Source of the DNA: Podarcis gaigeae
Lineage: Eukaryota
Assembly: GCA_964106915.2 (NCBI GenBank)
Contig: CAXKYZ020000115.1
Direction: 5' to 3' (one strand)
DNA length: 58,202 nucleotides
The position numbers were made by a program, and so were the translations under genes. Of this stretch, positions 25,931-34,326 are shown one piece after another (the first letter of the stretch is position 1; each line of letters begins with the position of its first letter). A model generated the notes under the pieces. The model saw nothing but the letters and a program-made list of their open reading frames with translations, did not search any database and had not been told where the DNA came from.

Positions 25931-27526
25931 CTACTCCTCAGCGGGTTTGACCTCATCGACAGGAGGCACAGGCGGTTCAGGCGGGATGTTCGGGTCAGGA
26001 TTCTGATCCGGAGGAAGCGAACCGAACGGCGAAGGAACCTGGTTCTTTTCGTCGATCTTCTTCACTTCCTCATCGATCCGCTCCTCATCCCAATCCTCAT
26101 GCAGATACGACACTTTCGTGTGAGTCGACGCAGCATCCGCCGTCGCCCAACCCTGAACCGTCCGAGACTTCGCCTCATCCGACTCACGAGCAAACTTCGG
26201 CCAATCCAGCTCCAACTCCTCGACCGGAGCGACACCCTTGCCGGGGAACTTGACTGCATCGATCTGCATGCAAATCGTCGCCAACGGCCCAAGAGCAGCA
26301 CCCCAATAACGGGCCTTACCCTTCGTTGTCTTGACCGTCAACTCTTTCTTGCCCGTCGCCTCTGTCGCGGTCTGAGCGACCTCGTCGGACATGCCGAACG
26401 ACACAGGGCTGTACCCGGTCGTCGACAGGACACGACGCAACAACAACTCCGCGCCCTGATCATGCTCAAGTACCCGCAGCGCCGGCTGATGGAACTGGAA
26501 CATCGAAGTCGCGTCGCCGTCCTTCACGCCCTGATTGACCTGCGTGAAGATCTCCTGATCCTCAGGCAACGATGCACCGCGACCTGCGCCGTGATTGGTG
26601 AGCAACTGCTCTGAGGCGAACATGCGTGCCTGACCGATCCGGAACTCCCGAGGCAGCGACGAATAGATCAGGTCGAGGCCTTGGAAGATTGGGAACAGGT
26701 CCTGTCGGATGTCTGCCAGTCCGAGGTGTCGCAGTGTGGGGTCGTTGCGCCACTCGGGATTCGGGAGCACGTTCGGGACGTATCGGGCAGCGAGCTCGTC
26801 GACGCCGAGGCTGACGTATCCGCCGGCCGTGTCATCGAAGCTGTCGAGCTCGATGCCCTTGGTGTCGGGGTGCGCTTGAAGGTCCATCACGGTACCGAGG
26901 TTCGTCGGTGTCCCCTTGTACAGGGAGTGCAGGATGCGGCCCTTCTCGTACCGTTCCAAATGCCGCCACACGTCCCGCTCATCCGAACCCGCGAGCTCGG
27001 ACCAGAATGTGACAGCTTTCAAACGGCCCCAAGCGAACTCGGGGATCGCCTTGTCCACATCCACAAAGTCGATCCAAGCATTGTCGGCGACCGTGTCATC
27101 CCACACCACGCGCTGATAGCAGCCACCCAACGCGGACGCTGATTCACCAGCGGTGAACAGGTCACCGTGGAAGGTGGGGGTGTTGAAGATCAGGTCCACA
27201 CGGTCTTGCAATGCCTTGTTGTCGGTGGGGTCGATGATCGTCAGCGGTTCGGAGAACAGTTCCGATGCCGAGAGTTTCGCGATGTCCGCGGGGATCGGGA
27301 CGTGCATTTTCCGGGACGGCTTCGATGCCGACTCGGGTTTCCCGTACAGGAAGTCTGAGACCTTGCCGACGACGCCGGCTTGCGCGAATGATCGACGGTT
27401 GGGGTTGGTGCGGTAGAAGTCGTCGAGTTTGAGGACGTCGCCTTCCCACCACACTTGTGATTCGCGGACTCGTGCGGCGACTTTCGCCAGCGCGGTCGGC
27501 GGCCACGCCATGTTCGCTTCGATCAC
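25931..27526 (-). CDS. Portal protein (SPP1/A118-like)
   Basis: Between TerL and minor capsid; HVPIPADIA..SA..LF, TGYSP.SFG..TATE; start placed at GTG 27526. Confidence 0.9.
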   Translation of the reverse strand: MIEANMAWPPTALAKVAARVRESQVWWEGDVLKLDDFYRTNPNRRSFAQAGVVGKVSDFLYGKPESASKPSRKMHVPIPADIAKLSASELFSEPLTIIDPTDNKALQDRVDLIFNTPTFHGDLFTAGESASALGGCYQRVVWDDTVADNAWIDFVDVDKAIPEFAWGRLKAVTFWSELAGSDERDVWRHLERYEKGRILHSLYKGTPTNLGTVMDLQAHPDTKGIELDSFDDTAGGYVSLGVDELAARYVPNVLPNPEWRNDPTLRHLGLADIRQDLFPIFQGLDLIYSSLPREFRIGQARMFASEQLLTNHGAGRGASLPEDQEIFTQVNQGVKDGDATSMFQFHQPALRVLEHDQGAELLLRRVLSTTGYSPVSFGMSDEVAQTATEATGKKELTVKTTKGKARYWGAALGPLATICMQIDAVKFPGKGVAPVEELELDWPKFARESDEAKSRTVQGWATADAASTHTKVSYLHEDWDEERIDEEVKKIDEKNQVPSPFGSLPPDQNPDPNIPPEPPVPPVDEVKPAEE

Positions 27527-27536
27527 GCGGCCACCC

Positions 27537-28802
27537 CTATTCGATTCGTTCATCAGGCAGGCGCGCTGCTGCATCGAGCGTTGGAATATGTGCCTGCCAC
27601 ATCGGGCGGGACGTTGAGACTGCGTAGCGGAGGGCGTCGACAGCATGGTCGTTGAGTTTCACGGGTGAGTCCTCCCCTTTCTCTGCAGCCTTGGCATCCC
27701 ACACGTAGCCGGGTATTTCGCCGAGCAGTTCGGTGCACGATGCGTGGATGAGTAGCTGCTCGGTGGAGAACAAGGATGCGACGAGTCCGATGCCGGCGCC
27801 GACCTTGTTCGATGCGTTGAAGTAGTTGTCGAATCCGTCGCGCTGCAACTGCACTTTGAAGACAGCGGCAGCGGGGTCGATGTACAAGTATTCGGGTGTA
27901 TCGGTGCTGATGAACTGACGGAGGCTGCGTGAGTGATCGGTGGTGGTGCCTGAGCCTGGCGCCCATTCGGCCATTGCGTACAGCTTGTTGTCGACACCCA
28001 GGCCGAGTTTGATTCCTCGGGTTGGGTTGGTGGTGCCGTAGTCGATACCGACACCGAGGATGCGTTGCATCTCGGGGAGCGTGTCGACGACATGACGTGC
28101 GGGATCGAAAGATTCGTAGATGACACCATCCGCCATCGTCCACAAACCTTTAATGAATCGGTCGTACCAGAGTCCTGTGTACTGCGCCTGCAAACCTTCG
28201 ATGTATCCGTCTGGAAGGTATGCCCGGTTGTCGTCGAGTTCGAAGTGGAACACCTTGTGCCCGCGTTCGTCTGCGCGGTCGATGTATCCGGTCTTGAGCC
28301 AGTTCCTTGGCCCATCAGGGTTGGTGGTTGTGAAGATCCGTGCGCCTGGCACTGACATGCGGGCGACGAGCTGGTTGAAGAACTCTTCGGCCACCAGCGT
28401 TGTTTCGTCGACGTATGCGAGGCATACGGTCATACCGCGGATCGCTGCTTCAGCTCGAACATCGGATGCGCCGATGACGTGCACTGTGCGCCCGAAGATG
28501 TCCGCTGTCGGTGCGCCACGGTTGTAACGCACATGCTGCGCCATCACGCCGTACATGTTGTTGTCCTGCAACGGTCCGATTAGGTTCCGGAAGATGGTGT
28601 CGCGTGTCCGGCCGATGACCACGATCTCGCCCTGTTCTGGGGCGTTCGCGACTCCGACAAGGAACGCCAACAGGGATCCGACTGTTTTCCCGGATCGGAC
28701 AGCGCCGTGCCAGATGTTGACTCGGCCTTTCGAGGCATCAGCATCAGCGTGAGCGAAAGACTCCAGTTGCTTCTGAGACATCCGCAGACCGTTGAGCGCC
28801 AT
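27537..28802 (-). CDS. terL: Terminase large subunit (PBSX-type)
   Basis: Walker A GAVRSGKT, Walker B AYVDE, TTNP, GIDYG, DHAVDALRY. Confidence 0.96.
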   Translation of the reverse strand: MALNGLRMSQKQLESFAHADADASKGRVNIWHGAVRSGKTVGSLLAFLVGVANAPEQGEIVVIGRTRDTIFRNLIGPLQDNNMYGVMAQHVRYNRGAPTADIFGRTVHVIGASDVRAEAAIRGMTVCLAYVDETTLVAEEFFNQLVARMSVPGARIFTTTNPDGPRNWLKTGYIDRADERGHKVFHFELDDNRAYLPDGYIEGLQAQYTGLWYDRFIKGLWTMADGVIYESFDPARHVVDTLPEMQRILGVGIDYGTTNPTRGIKLGLGVDNKLYAMAEWAPGSGTTTDHSRSLRQFISTDTPEYLYIDPAAAVFKVQLQRDGFDNYFNASNKVGAGIGLVASLFSTEQLLIHASCTELLGEIPGYVWDAKAAEKGEDSPVKLNDHAVDALRYAVSTSRPMWQAHIPTLDAAARLPDERIE

Positions 28803-28805
28803 CAG

Positions 28806-29300
28806 TTATTCCTTTTCGTCGGCTAGTTTCTTCACCTGCTCGAACAGTTCGTTGAGCATCGACTTCGCGACGTCAGCGTCTTGGCCGGCACCCATGCGGG
28901 TCAGGTTTTCGTGGGACTTGATGAGGCGTTCGACTGCGGCGGTGAATTCAGCGACGGCTTTCGCGTCTGGCAGGTCGAGGATCTCGGTCACTGGCCCGTG
29001 TGGTGTGGAGACGATGACGGTGTACTGGTCCCAGATGCGTTCGCGGATGTTTATGGCGTCGGCTAGGACTGCGGCTGCGAGTTGCGCACGCGCCTGCGCG
29101 GACCTGTCAGCATTTTTCTGGCGCATTGCTTCGATGGCGGGGCTTGGTTCTTGCCAGAGTATTCCGAGTCGTTTTGCTCTTCGGCTGATGTCTGGTCTGG
29201 TGCATCCGATTTGGTCGGCTGCTTGTTGTTGGGTTTTTCCGAGTGCGTGGTGTTCTCGGAGTGTGGAGTCTTGTTCGGGTGTCCATTCCCATCGGGGCAT
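28806..29300 (-). CDS. terS: Terminase small subunit (HTH)
   Basis: N-terminal HTH; immediately upstream of TerL. Confidence 0.72.
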   Translation of the reverse strand: MPRWEWTPEQDSTLREHHALGKTQQQAADQIGCTRPDISRRAKRLGILWQEPSPAIEAMRQKNADRSAQARAQLAAAVLADAINIRERIWDQYTVIVSTPHGPVTEILDLPDAKAVAEFTAAVERLIKSHENLTRMGAGQDADVAKSMLNELFEQVKKLADEKE

Positions 29301-29321
29301 TGTTCACCTCGTTTGGGGTGG

Positions 29322-29462
29322 TTATGTGCGTGTGTTGTGGATGTCTGTCAGGATTCGGTTGCGTTGGTCGAGGAGGGTGTCGATGGCGTTTGGGTTGCCT
29401 GCGCGTCGTGCTTGTTCGAGGTCCCATTCGTTTTTGTCGAGTTGGTCTTGGAGTGATTGCAT
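29322..29462 (-). CDS. Small protein, 46 aa (MQSLQDQLDKNEWDLEQARRAG...)
   Basis: Hand-translated; GGAGGT RBS; TAATG overlap with upstream micro-ORF. Confidence 0.65.
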   Translation of the reverse strand: MQSLQDQLDKNEWDLEQARRAGNPNAIDTLLDQRNRILTDIHNTRT

Positions 29463-29527
29463 TACTGCCACCTCCACATGCGCCAGATTCCGGTGATTGC
29501 CCAGATGAGTAGTTCGCGGGTTGGCAT
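29462..29527 (-). CDS. Micro-ORF, 21 aa (MPTRELLIWAITGIWRMWRWQ)
   Basis: TAATG overlaps at both ends. Confidence 0.5.
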   Translation of the reverse strand: MPTRELLIWAITGIWRMWRWQ

Positions 29528-29580
29528 TAGATGATCCAGTATTGGATGAGTGCCCAGATGATGCGGAGTGTTTCGATCAT
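29527..29580 (-). CDS. Micro-ORF, 17 aa (MIETLRIIWALIQYWII)
   Basis: AGGAGG RBS 4 nt before ATG; TAATG overlap downstream. Confidence 0.5.
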   Translation of the reverse strand: MIETLRIIWALIQYWII

Positions 29581-29690
29581 TGGGCCTCCTGAAGTTGAAC
29601 CCCGGGCGCGCTGGCTAGCGACTGCTCCGGGGGTTGCTGCACCATCCTCAAAAGGTGCGCCCTGGGGGGAAGTGGGCGCGGTGTGCAGCA

Positions 29691-29730
29691 AGACGAAACG
29701 CGACACCCGAGTGATTGTCAGGTGTCGCGT
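29691..29730 (-). terminator. Intrinsic terminator between early/middle and late regions
   Basis: Minus strand ACGCGACACCTGA-caatcac-TCGGGTGTCGCGT-TTCGTCTT. Confidence 0.7.
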
Positions 29731-29772
29731 ACGCGCATAGCGTATCAGATGATCATCCGCATGCGTGCATAA

Positions 29773-29997
29773 CTATGCATCAGCTCCGAATATTGCCAGG
29801 AACGGCAGTCGAGGAATGAGGATTCGTCTACCGATCCGAACAGACGGGATAGTGCCGTCCTCGATGCCAATTCGGACTGTGCGGGGGTCTATTCCGAGCG
29901 CTTGCGAAACCTGTGTTCGTGTGATCGCCATGCTCGACATGTTCTTGATGTCTTCGATGGACAGTGTGGGTGTCGGACTTGGTGCTCCCATTTTCAT
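29773..29997 (-). CDS. Excisionase-like HTH (HTH_17/MerR-like) protein
   Basis: ITRTQVSQALGID..TV...I..G.IPSVRIGRRILIP. Confidence 0.82.
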   Translation of the reverse strand: MKMGAPSPTPTLSIEDIKNMSSMAITRTQVSQALGIDPRTVRIGIEDGTIPSVRIGRRILIPRLPFLAIFGADA

Positions 29998-30644
29998 GAT
30001 GCCTTTCGTTGGGGTGTGGCGTAGTGGGCGTCGAGTATGTCACCGAGTGTGTAGATGGGGGTTTTCTTGTCCGCGTAGCGGATCGGCGTAATTTTGTGTT
30101 TTTCGACGAGGTGGTTGATGCGGCGGATGGTGAGGCCTTGGGCGCCGATGTGTTTGGCGAGGGTGGCGATGCCTCGGGCGTTGAGTTGTTCGGCGTGTGC
30201 TTGGGCGAGGCGGGTGGGGTTGGGTTTGGGGATGGGTTGGAGGTGGCTGCGTCCGGATGCGTTGCGTGCGTGCCTGATTTCCGAAGTGATGTCGTGGTGT
30301 GCGGCTTCGCTGCCTGGGGTTGCGGCGAGGAGCAGGATGTTGCGTGTGAGCCAGTCTGCGTAGCCTGCGCAGTGGGTGTTGGGTGCTGCGATCTGTCGTG
30401 CGTCAGCGAGCCAGTACACCCATCGTTCGAGTTCGATGAGGAGTCTGTCGGCGGCGTCGACGGCTGCGACGTTGAACGGCAAGGGTTGGGGGCGGTCTCC
30501 TGTGGTGACTTTGGGGTTCCAGTTGGCGGTGGCGATGCGGGGTTTCTGGGCTTCTTGGAGGTCGTCGAGGATGTCTCGGACTTCCCCCAGAGCGTCGGTG
30601 AGCTCCTGTTGTTCGTGGCGTGGGATGAACCAGTGTTCAGTCAC
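29994..30644 (-). CDS. Conserved phage protein with C-terminal HTH-like segment (possible late regulator)
   Basis: PLPFN..A..A...L..WV; IYTLGDIL C-terminus; end of early/middle region. Confidence 0.65.
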   Translation of the reverse strand: MTEHWFIPRHEQQELTDALGEVRDILDDLQEAQKPRIATANWNPKVTTGDRPQPLPFNVAAVDAADRLLIELERWVYWLADARQIAAPNTHCAGYADWLTRNILLLAATPGSEAAHHDITSEIRHARNASGRSHLQPIPKPNPTRLAQAHAEQLNARGIATLAKHIGAQGLTIRRINHLVEKHKITPIRYADKKTPIYTLGDILDAHYATPQRKAS

Positions 30645-30936
30645 GGTGTCCTCCGATGCGGTGGCGTGCGCGGTCGTGGCAGGGTCGGCAGCGTCCTCGT
30701 GCGCCGTGTGGGGTGTGGCCTTCGATGCGTCGGGTTCGGGGTGCCATGGGGGTTCCGCATTCTCGGCAGGGTTGTCCGATGTCGATTCCGATGCGTCCGC
30801 CTGGGCCTGGGAGTGTTGCGAGGAGTTCGGCTAGGTGTGGGTCGCGTTTGAGTGGTGGCCGGCCGGGGATGGATCGGGCGTAGGCGTCGAGGGCTTTGGA
30901 GTCTGCGGGAGTCCATTCGAGGAGGTCAGTTGTCAC
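30637..30936 (-). CDS. Zn-finger protein (CRECG...HGARGRCRPC)
   Basis: CxxC..H..CxxC pattern. Confidence 0.65.
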   Translation of the reverse strand: MTTDLLEWTPADSKALDAYARSIPGRPPLKRDPHLAELLATLPGPGGRIGIDIGQPCRECGTPMAPRTRRIEGHTPHGARGRCRPCHDRARHRIGGHRD

Positions 30937-31147
30937 CGGCGTATTCCTTGATGATGGGGAGGATGACGGGGAGGATCGCTTTGGCGTAGGCGTTGCCGTA
31001 GTTGTCCAGCCATTGCTCGCACTTTTCGGGGCCGAGCGATCGGAGGTAGGTCAGCATCTTCTGCTGGTCTGGGTCGGTTGCTTTCTCTACGATGTCTCGG
31101 CCTGATCTGTAGAGCGCGTCCCGGAGTTGGCTTTCGATTCTGCTCAC
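30926..31147 (-). CDS. Hypothetical protein, 73 aa
   Basis: GTGA overlap with upstream gene. Confidence 0.65.
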   Translation of the reverse strand: MSRIESQLRDALYRSGRDIVEKATDPDQQKMLTYLRSLGPEKCEQWLDNYGNAYAKAILPVILPIIKEYAGDN

Positions 31148-31464
31148 CCTTCACCGCCCGGAGTGAACAGAACAGTCATCGGGAGCGGCAGGTATCGCCA
31201 TCCGGCCGTGTCACTGCGCTTGACGTACACGTCCATCTCGTCTGGATGGTCGAGGTTTCGTGCGAGAACCGACCCAATCGGCAGCGCCTCTAAGTCTTCG
31301 ATGCTGTTCACCGTGTGAGGCTTCGACCAACCAGCGGCGAGGAGTCGGTCGGCCGCGTGCTGTGGCAGCGTCCCAACGCCACCGGGGTTGTCGAGAACTG
31401 CGCCGGCCAATATGTGCACCAGTTCGTCTCTCGCGGGTGTGGCCTGTGATCGGATCTCACTCAC
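31144..31464 (-). CDS. Hypothetical protein (paralog of 35138-35512)
   Basis: KPHTVNSIEDLEALPIGSV...LPMTVLFTP; GAGGAG RBS. Confidence 0.75.
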   Translation of the reverse strand: MSEIRSQATPARDELVHILAGAVLDNPGGVGTLPQHAADRLLAAGWSKPHTVNSIEDLEALPIGSVLARNLDHPDEMDVYVKRSDTAGWRYLPLPMTVLFTPGGEG

Positions 31465-31859
31465 AACGACTCCTCAGAAGGCAGTTCGATTCGGGCGGTG
31501 ACGATCAGCTTTGTGCCAGGCGGAAAGTCGGATGCGTAGGCCTTGAAGCCGGGGCCGTACGTGAATCCCTGCCGCTTATCCCAGAAGAGGCCGTCGAGGT
31601 GCCGAACTTCACCAGGAAGGTCAATGCCACGTAGGTGTGGCGCAACAACCTTCTCTGCGGTGAGTGTGATCGTCTGCTCGGGATTGTCAGCAGATAGCAC
31701 TTCGTCGGGGTTGGTGTGTCGTACGCAGCGATATGGGAACTTTCGGTATCTGGCGCGAATTTCATCCTCTTCGCGTCGGCTGGTTGCAGTCGTGAACGAG
31801 TTATCCTTGCATCCTTCATGTGCGCAGATAAGTCGGATTGTGTACTCGCGTCTGCTCAT
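31461..31859 (-). CDS. Hypothetical protein, 132 aa
   Basis: Overlap-coupled; CxxxxC..CxxH. Confidence 0.72.
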   Translation of the reverse strand: MSRREYTIRLICAHEGCKDNSFTTATSRREEDEIRARYRKFPYRCVRHTNPDEVLSADNPEQTITLTAEKVVAPHLRGIDLPGEVRHLDGLFWDKRQGFTYGPGFKAYASDFPPGTKLIVTARIELPSEESL

Positions 31860-32206
31860 TGCTGTTCCCCTTCCAAAGCTGCGCGGAGGAGTTGAGCCGC
31901 CCGTTTGTATATGCCCATCTCCAATTGGTAAGACATGAGCGCTTGCCCGTCGTCGGCCTCGGCTGCGCAGACTGCACCGTTCGACGCGTTCTGGATGTGC
32001 CAGTCGAAATCTTCAAGCACTGGCGCTGTCCGCCCGTTGATGTACTGCTTCACCACCAACGCCACATGCGCAGGGAAAGCGTCGGCTCCCATCCATATGC
32101 CGCACTTGCAGACGAGCCGGTACTCAGCACCGGCCGGAACCCACTGCTGGCTCATCACCTGGTGCGCTGCGATGAGGTCGGTCAACCCCGGATCAGGCGC
32201 GGTCAT
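31856..32206 (-). CDS. Hypothetical protein (MTAPDPGL..; CKCG..H)
   Basis: ATGA overlap with upstream stop. Confidence 0.68.
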   Translation of the reverse strand: MTAPDPGLTDLIAAHQVMSQQWVPAGAEYRLVCKCGIWMGADAFPAHVALVVKQYINGRTAPVLEDFDWHIQNASNGAVCAAEADDGQALMSYQLEMGIYKRAAQLLRAALEGEQQ

Positions 32207-32835
32207 GCAATACCCCTTACGTCGATAGCGGTTTGGTTCTGAATGCTGTCCACCCACGAAAGAAGTTTCGGCAGGTTCTCGTCCGGTCCGAACGCGAGAT
32301 ACGTTCCGTCCACCGAGTCGCACCCGATGGCTTCCGCGTACCTGTAGCGGGTTTTGGAATTCACGCGTCCCATATGGACGTGTTTGCCGCGACGTTTCGC
32401 TTCCGTCACCAAGTTCCGGGCGTGTTTGCCGAGTTTCCATTCGGTGGATCCGCCGATGAACAGGGCGTCGAACGAGTCCCACGGCACTGTCAGGTTTTCG
32501 AGGCCGTCCTGAGCGACGAGGGCGACCGGGTATCCGAGCGCTCTGATCACGGGCAGGAACGGCTTCGACCGCTTCAATGTTTCTTTCGCGTCCCCCACCA
32601 CGTCGGGCGCGGTGGCGAACAGGCATGTGCCGGCGTCGTCACGGTTGGCGAGCAGCCACGCGATGTACTGGATGTCCCCTGGGTACCCTTTGCCGAAGCA
32701 TCCGTTGTCCGCCACCCATGCCACGCCCGGTTCACGTTTGTTGCCTTGCGCTGGGGTGTCGATGTAGCCGAGCAGTTCTTTGCGCATGGCGTCACGCACC
32801 TTCTGGCTGGAGGGGTTGGCGAAGTACAGCACCAC
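32203..32835 (-). CDS. TGT-fold / DpdA-like guanine transglycosylase (putative 7-deazaguanine DNA modification)
   Basis: ADNGCF, APDVVGD, VAQDG, FIGGS, VHMGRVN, DSVDGT in TGT-barrel order; directly downstream of the VUT domain. Confidence 0.75.
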   Translation of the reverse strand: MVLYFANPSSQKVRDAMRKELLGYIDTPAQGNKREPGVAWVADNGCFGKGYPGDIQYIAWLLANRDDAGTCLFATAPDVVGDAKETLKRSKPFLPVIRALGYPVALVAQDGLENLTVPWDSFDALFIGGSTEWKLGKHARNLVTEAKRRGKHVHMGRVNSKTRYRYAEAIGCDSVDGTYLAFGPDENLPKLLSWVDSIQNQTAIDVRGIA

Positions 32836-33727
32836 GTGACACCGCCTTGCCGAGAATGAGGTATGCGAGGGTGGCCCACGCTTTGCCGACGAGCTGTCCT
32901 GCGAGCGCTGGCAGTACAGCAGCCCAACCGAATGCGATCGCGAGGAATATGACGGTGTCGGCCAGGGCTCCGGTGAGGCTGGATGCGGTGACAGCTGCAG
33001 CCCACCTGCGATCACCGAGTTTCGATCGGTTCCGCAAGGGCGTGTAGACCGCAAAGTTGAGCAACTCCGCGACGGCAAATGCGACTGCCGATGCGGTGGC
33101 GATGAACGGATCCGCGATCAGATACGACAGGACTGCGCCGACAGCGAGTACTGCGAGCATCTTCGGTTTGCCGAGGAGGTCTTGCGTCGCGTCTCGGGCG
33201 GCGAGTGCGAAGCCGGCGGCGAATGTGCCAGCTGTCGCAGCGAATCCGAATCCGACTGGGACGAATCCGAATCGGGTGGTTGCCCAGTTCGCGACAATAA
33301 TGGAGGCGAGGAGTGTTGCTGCGGATAGGTATCCGAGGGAGTTTCGTGTGCTCAATGGTGTGGGCTCGATTCGAATCTCGATGCGAGGGTTTTCGCGGTC
33401 CAGGAGGATGGTGTTGCCGCCGTCAATCACATGCTTTTGGGCGTCGTCGGGGATGACGTGTTGGCGGAGTGCGTCGATGGCGTCTTTGCGGAATGCGCTG
33501 AGGCCGTCTGCGTCTCGGATGCGGGCGTCGGGTGCGTATTGGGTGATGCTGATGGTTACTTGTTCGCACATGGGGATCGGGTTGGTTTGTAGTGCTTGTC
33601 GGATCTGCCAGTGGATGCGGGTGCGGGCCTTGGACTTTTTTGTCCAGTGGGCGTTGCGCCATTCGTTCATGGTGAGGGGCGGCCGGCCGGGATGCGCTGT
33701 GTCGATGATGGTGAGGGTGTGGGTCAT
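32792..33727 (-). CDS. In-frame fusion: RusA-like Holliday junction resolvase (N, about 124 aa) + VUT/YhhQ queuosine-precursor transporter (C)
   Basis: RDADG...KDAIDAL...IPDD...PRIEIRI (RusA) then IVANW..FG.VPVG.G..ATAGTF.AG.AL.ARD.TQ, AS.VAF.VAEL..FAVYTPLR, GALADTVIFL.IAF (VUT); no stop between. Confidence 0.8.
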   Translation of the reverse strand: MTHTLTIIDTAHPGRPPLTMNEWRNAHWTKKSKARTRIHWQIRQALQTNPIPMCEQVTISITQYAPDARIRDADGLSAFRKDAIDALRQHVIPDDAQKHVIDGGNTILLDRENPRIEIRIEPTPLSTRNSLGYLSAATLLASIIVANWATTRFGFVPVGFGFAATAGTFAAGFALAARDATQDLLGKPKMLAVLAVGAVLSYLIADPFIATASAVAFAVAELLNFAVYTPLRNRSKLGDRRWAAAVTASSLTGALADTVIFLAIAFGWAAVLPALAGQLVGKAWATLAYLILGKAVSRGAVLRQPLQPEGA

Positions 33728-34326
33728 CGTTTTTTGGCTCTCGCTGCGCGGTCTTGTTCGGCGCGCCAGTCGCGGCATTCGGCGCATCGGCAGAGGTAGG
33801 AGACGTATCCGTTGCCTGAGCCGTGGTTGGCGTTGGGGTGGAATGGTCTGCCGTTTTTGGTGATTCGTTGGATGCGGAATCGTGATTTGGAGAGGAGTGT
33901 TGTTTCGGATTTGGTGCGTGGGCCTGGTTTGTTTTCGAGGCGGGTGATGGTGGCTTGGATGCGGGGGTGGTCTGCGCAGACTTGGCAGAGGGTGCCTTCG
34001 CCGTCGAGGATGTGGGTGGTGGCTTTGGAGCCGATGGTTCGGTATCCGCGGAGTTCGCCGCATTGGGTGCAGGCTTGGTTGGATGTGGGGATCGCGGTGG
34101 GGGTTGCTGCTCGGCGGTTGGCGACTTTGGGGATGGGTCTGCGTGTGGGTCGGGTGCGTTTGCGGTCTTCGGCTAGGAGTTGTTGGACGGTGGGTGAAAG
34201 CTCGATGGGCGGTAGCGTTTTGGGCCGCATCAATCGGTCGGCTTCGCGCATTTCGCGTCGGCAGGGCCCGCATTGCCCGCAGAGTCCGGTGGGGCAGGAT
34301 TGGGTGGAGAGGCTGGTAGCGATCAT
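33724..34326 (-). CDS. Cys-rich (multi Zn-finger) hypothetical protein
   Basis: C..CG.C..C, CTQCG..CQVC, HG...Y....CRC.EC. Confidence 0.7.
   Translation of the reverse strand: MIATSLSTQSCPTGLCGQCGPCRREMREADRLMRPKTLPPIELSPTVQQLLAEDRKRTRPTRRPIPKVANRRAATPTAIPTSNQACTQCGELRGYRTIGSKATTHILDGEGTLCQVCADHPRIQATITRLENKPGPRTKSETTLLSKSRFRIQRITKNGRPFHPNANHGSGNGYVSYLCRCAECRDWRAEQDRAARAKKR

Noticed and set aside
33728-34273. N-terminal ~180 aa of the 493-aa ORF (apparent triple fusion)
   Set aside because: Pro/Arg/His/Thr-rich off-frame read of 33724-34326 caused by C/A skew; the likely start is ATG 33727 in an ATGA overlap
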